Assembly: GCF_009914755.1 (NCBI RefSeq)
Contig: NC_060929.1
Reading direction: 5' to 3' (one strand)
Origin: the human T2T-CHM13v2.0 reference genome, Homo sapiens
DNA length: 64,000 nucleotides
Position numbers and translations under genes: made by a program. Of this stretch, positions 63,334 through 64,000 are shown in pieces (the first letter of the stretch is position 1; each line of letters opens with the position of its first letter). A model generated the notes under the pieces. That model was not told where the DNA came from and did no database searches. It worked only from the letters and a program-made list of their open reading frames with translations.

Positions 63334-64000
63334 TAACACCAGATGAGGATAAGGGGCGGACTACTGTATATACACTGGATGAGGACAAGGGGGGACTACT
63401 GTATACACACGGGATGAGGATAAGGGGGGAATACTGTAGACACACCGGATAAGGGGGGACTACTGTATACACACCGGATGAGGATAAGGGGGGACTACTG
63501 TATACACACCGGATGAGGATAAGGGGGGACTACTGTAGACACACCGGATAAGGGGGGACTACTGTATACACACCGGATGAGGATAAGGGGGGACTACTGT
63601 ATACACACCGGATGAGGATAAGGGGGGACTACTGTATACACACCAGATAAGGGGGGACTACTGTATACACACCGGATGAGGATAAGGGGAGACTACTGTA
63701 TACACACGGGATGAGGATGAGGGACTATTGTATACACACCAGATGAGGATAAGGGGGGACTACTGTATACACACCAGATGAGGATAAGGGGGGACTACTG
63801 TATACACACACGGGATGAGGATAAGGGGGGACTACTGTATACACATTGGATGAGGATAAGGGGGGACTATTGTATACACACCAGATGAGGATAAGGGGGG
63901 ACTACTGTATACACACCAGATGAGGATAAGGGGGGACTACTGTATACACACCGGATGAGGATAAGGGGAGACTACTGTATACACACGGGATGAGGATGAG
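63310..64000. repeat. CLPTM1L intron 7 minisatellite, 35-bp unit with 29-bp variants, >=20 copies, truncated by the window edge
   Basis: Tandem cacaccggatgaggataaggggggactactgtata. Confidence 0.95.

Overview
Human (or near-identical great-ape) genomic DNA from the TERT-CLPTM1L locus at chr5p15.33. Both genes are on the minus strand. TERT exons 1-8 run from the ATG at 24799 down to exon 8 at 26-111; exons 9-16 lie beyond the left edge. The TERT CpG-island promoter is wild type at the -57, -124 and -146 hotspots. A ~22 kb intergenic region holds Alus, a decayed L1, nested LTRs, an AT-rich palindromic tract and MIR4457. CLPTM1L exons 8-17 follow (stop codon at 48209-48211); exons 1-7 lie beyond the right edge. 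All listed exon boundaries were read as GT-AG and join in frame. The window contains eight minisatellites: TERT VNTR6-2, 6-1, 2-2 and 2-1, and CLPTM1L arrays in introns 12, 9 (two) and 7. The very long ORFs in the track are translations of these repeats. I found no new gene system. The best leads are: (1) ~85 near-consensus 5' splice sites inside TERT VNTR2-1; (2) a probable exon-3 branch point created by one substitution in the last VNTR2-2 unit; (3) a TEAD-site on/off code in the CLPTM1L intron-9 VNTR; (4) a VNTR built from amplified MER44/Tigger7 transposon ends; (5) a local duplication/inversion origin for MIR4457. SNP names, repeat subfamily names and reference-length comparisons are from memory and need database confirmation.
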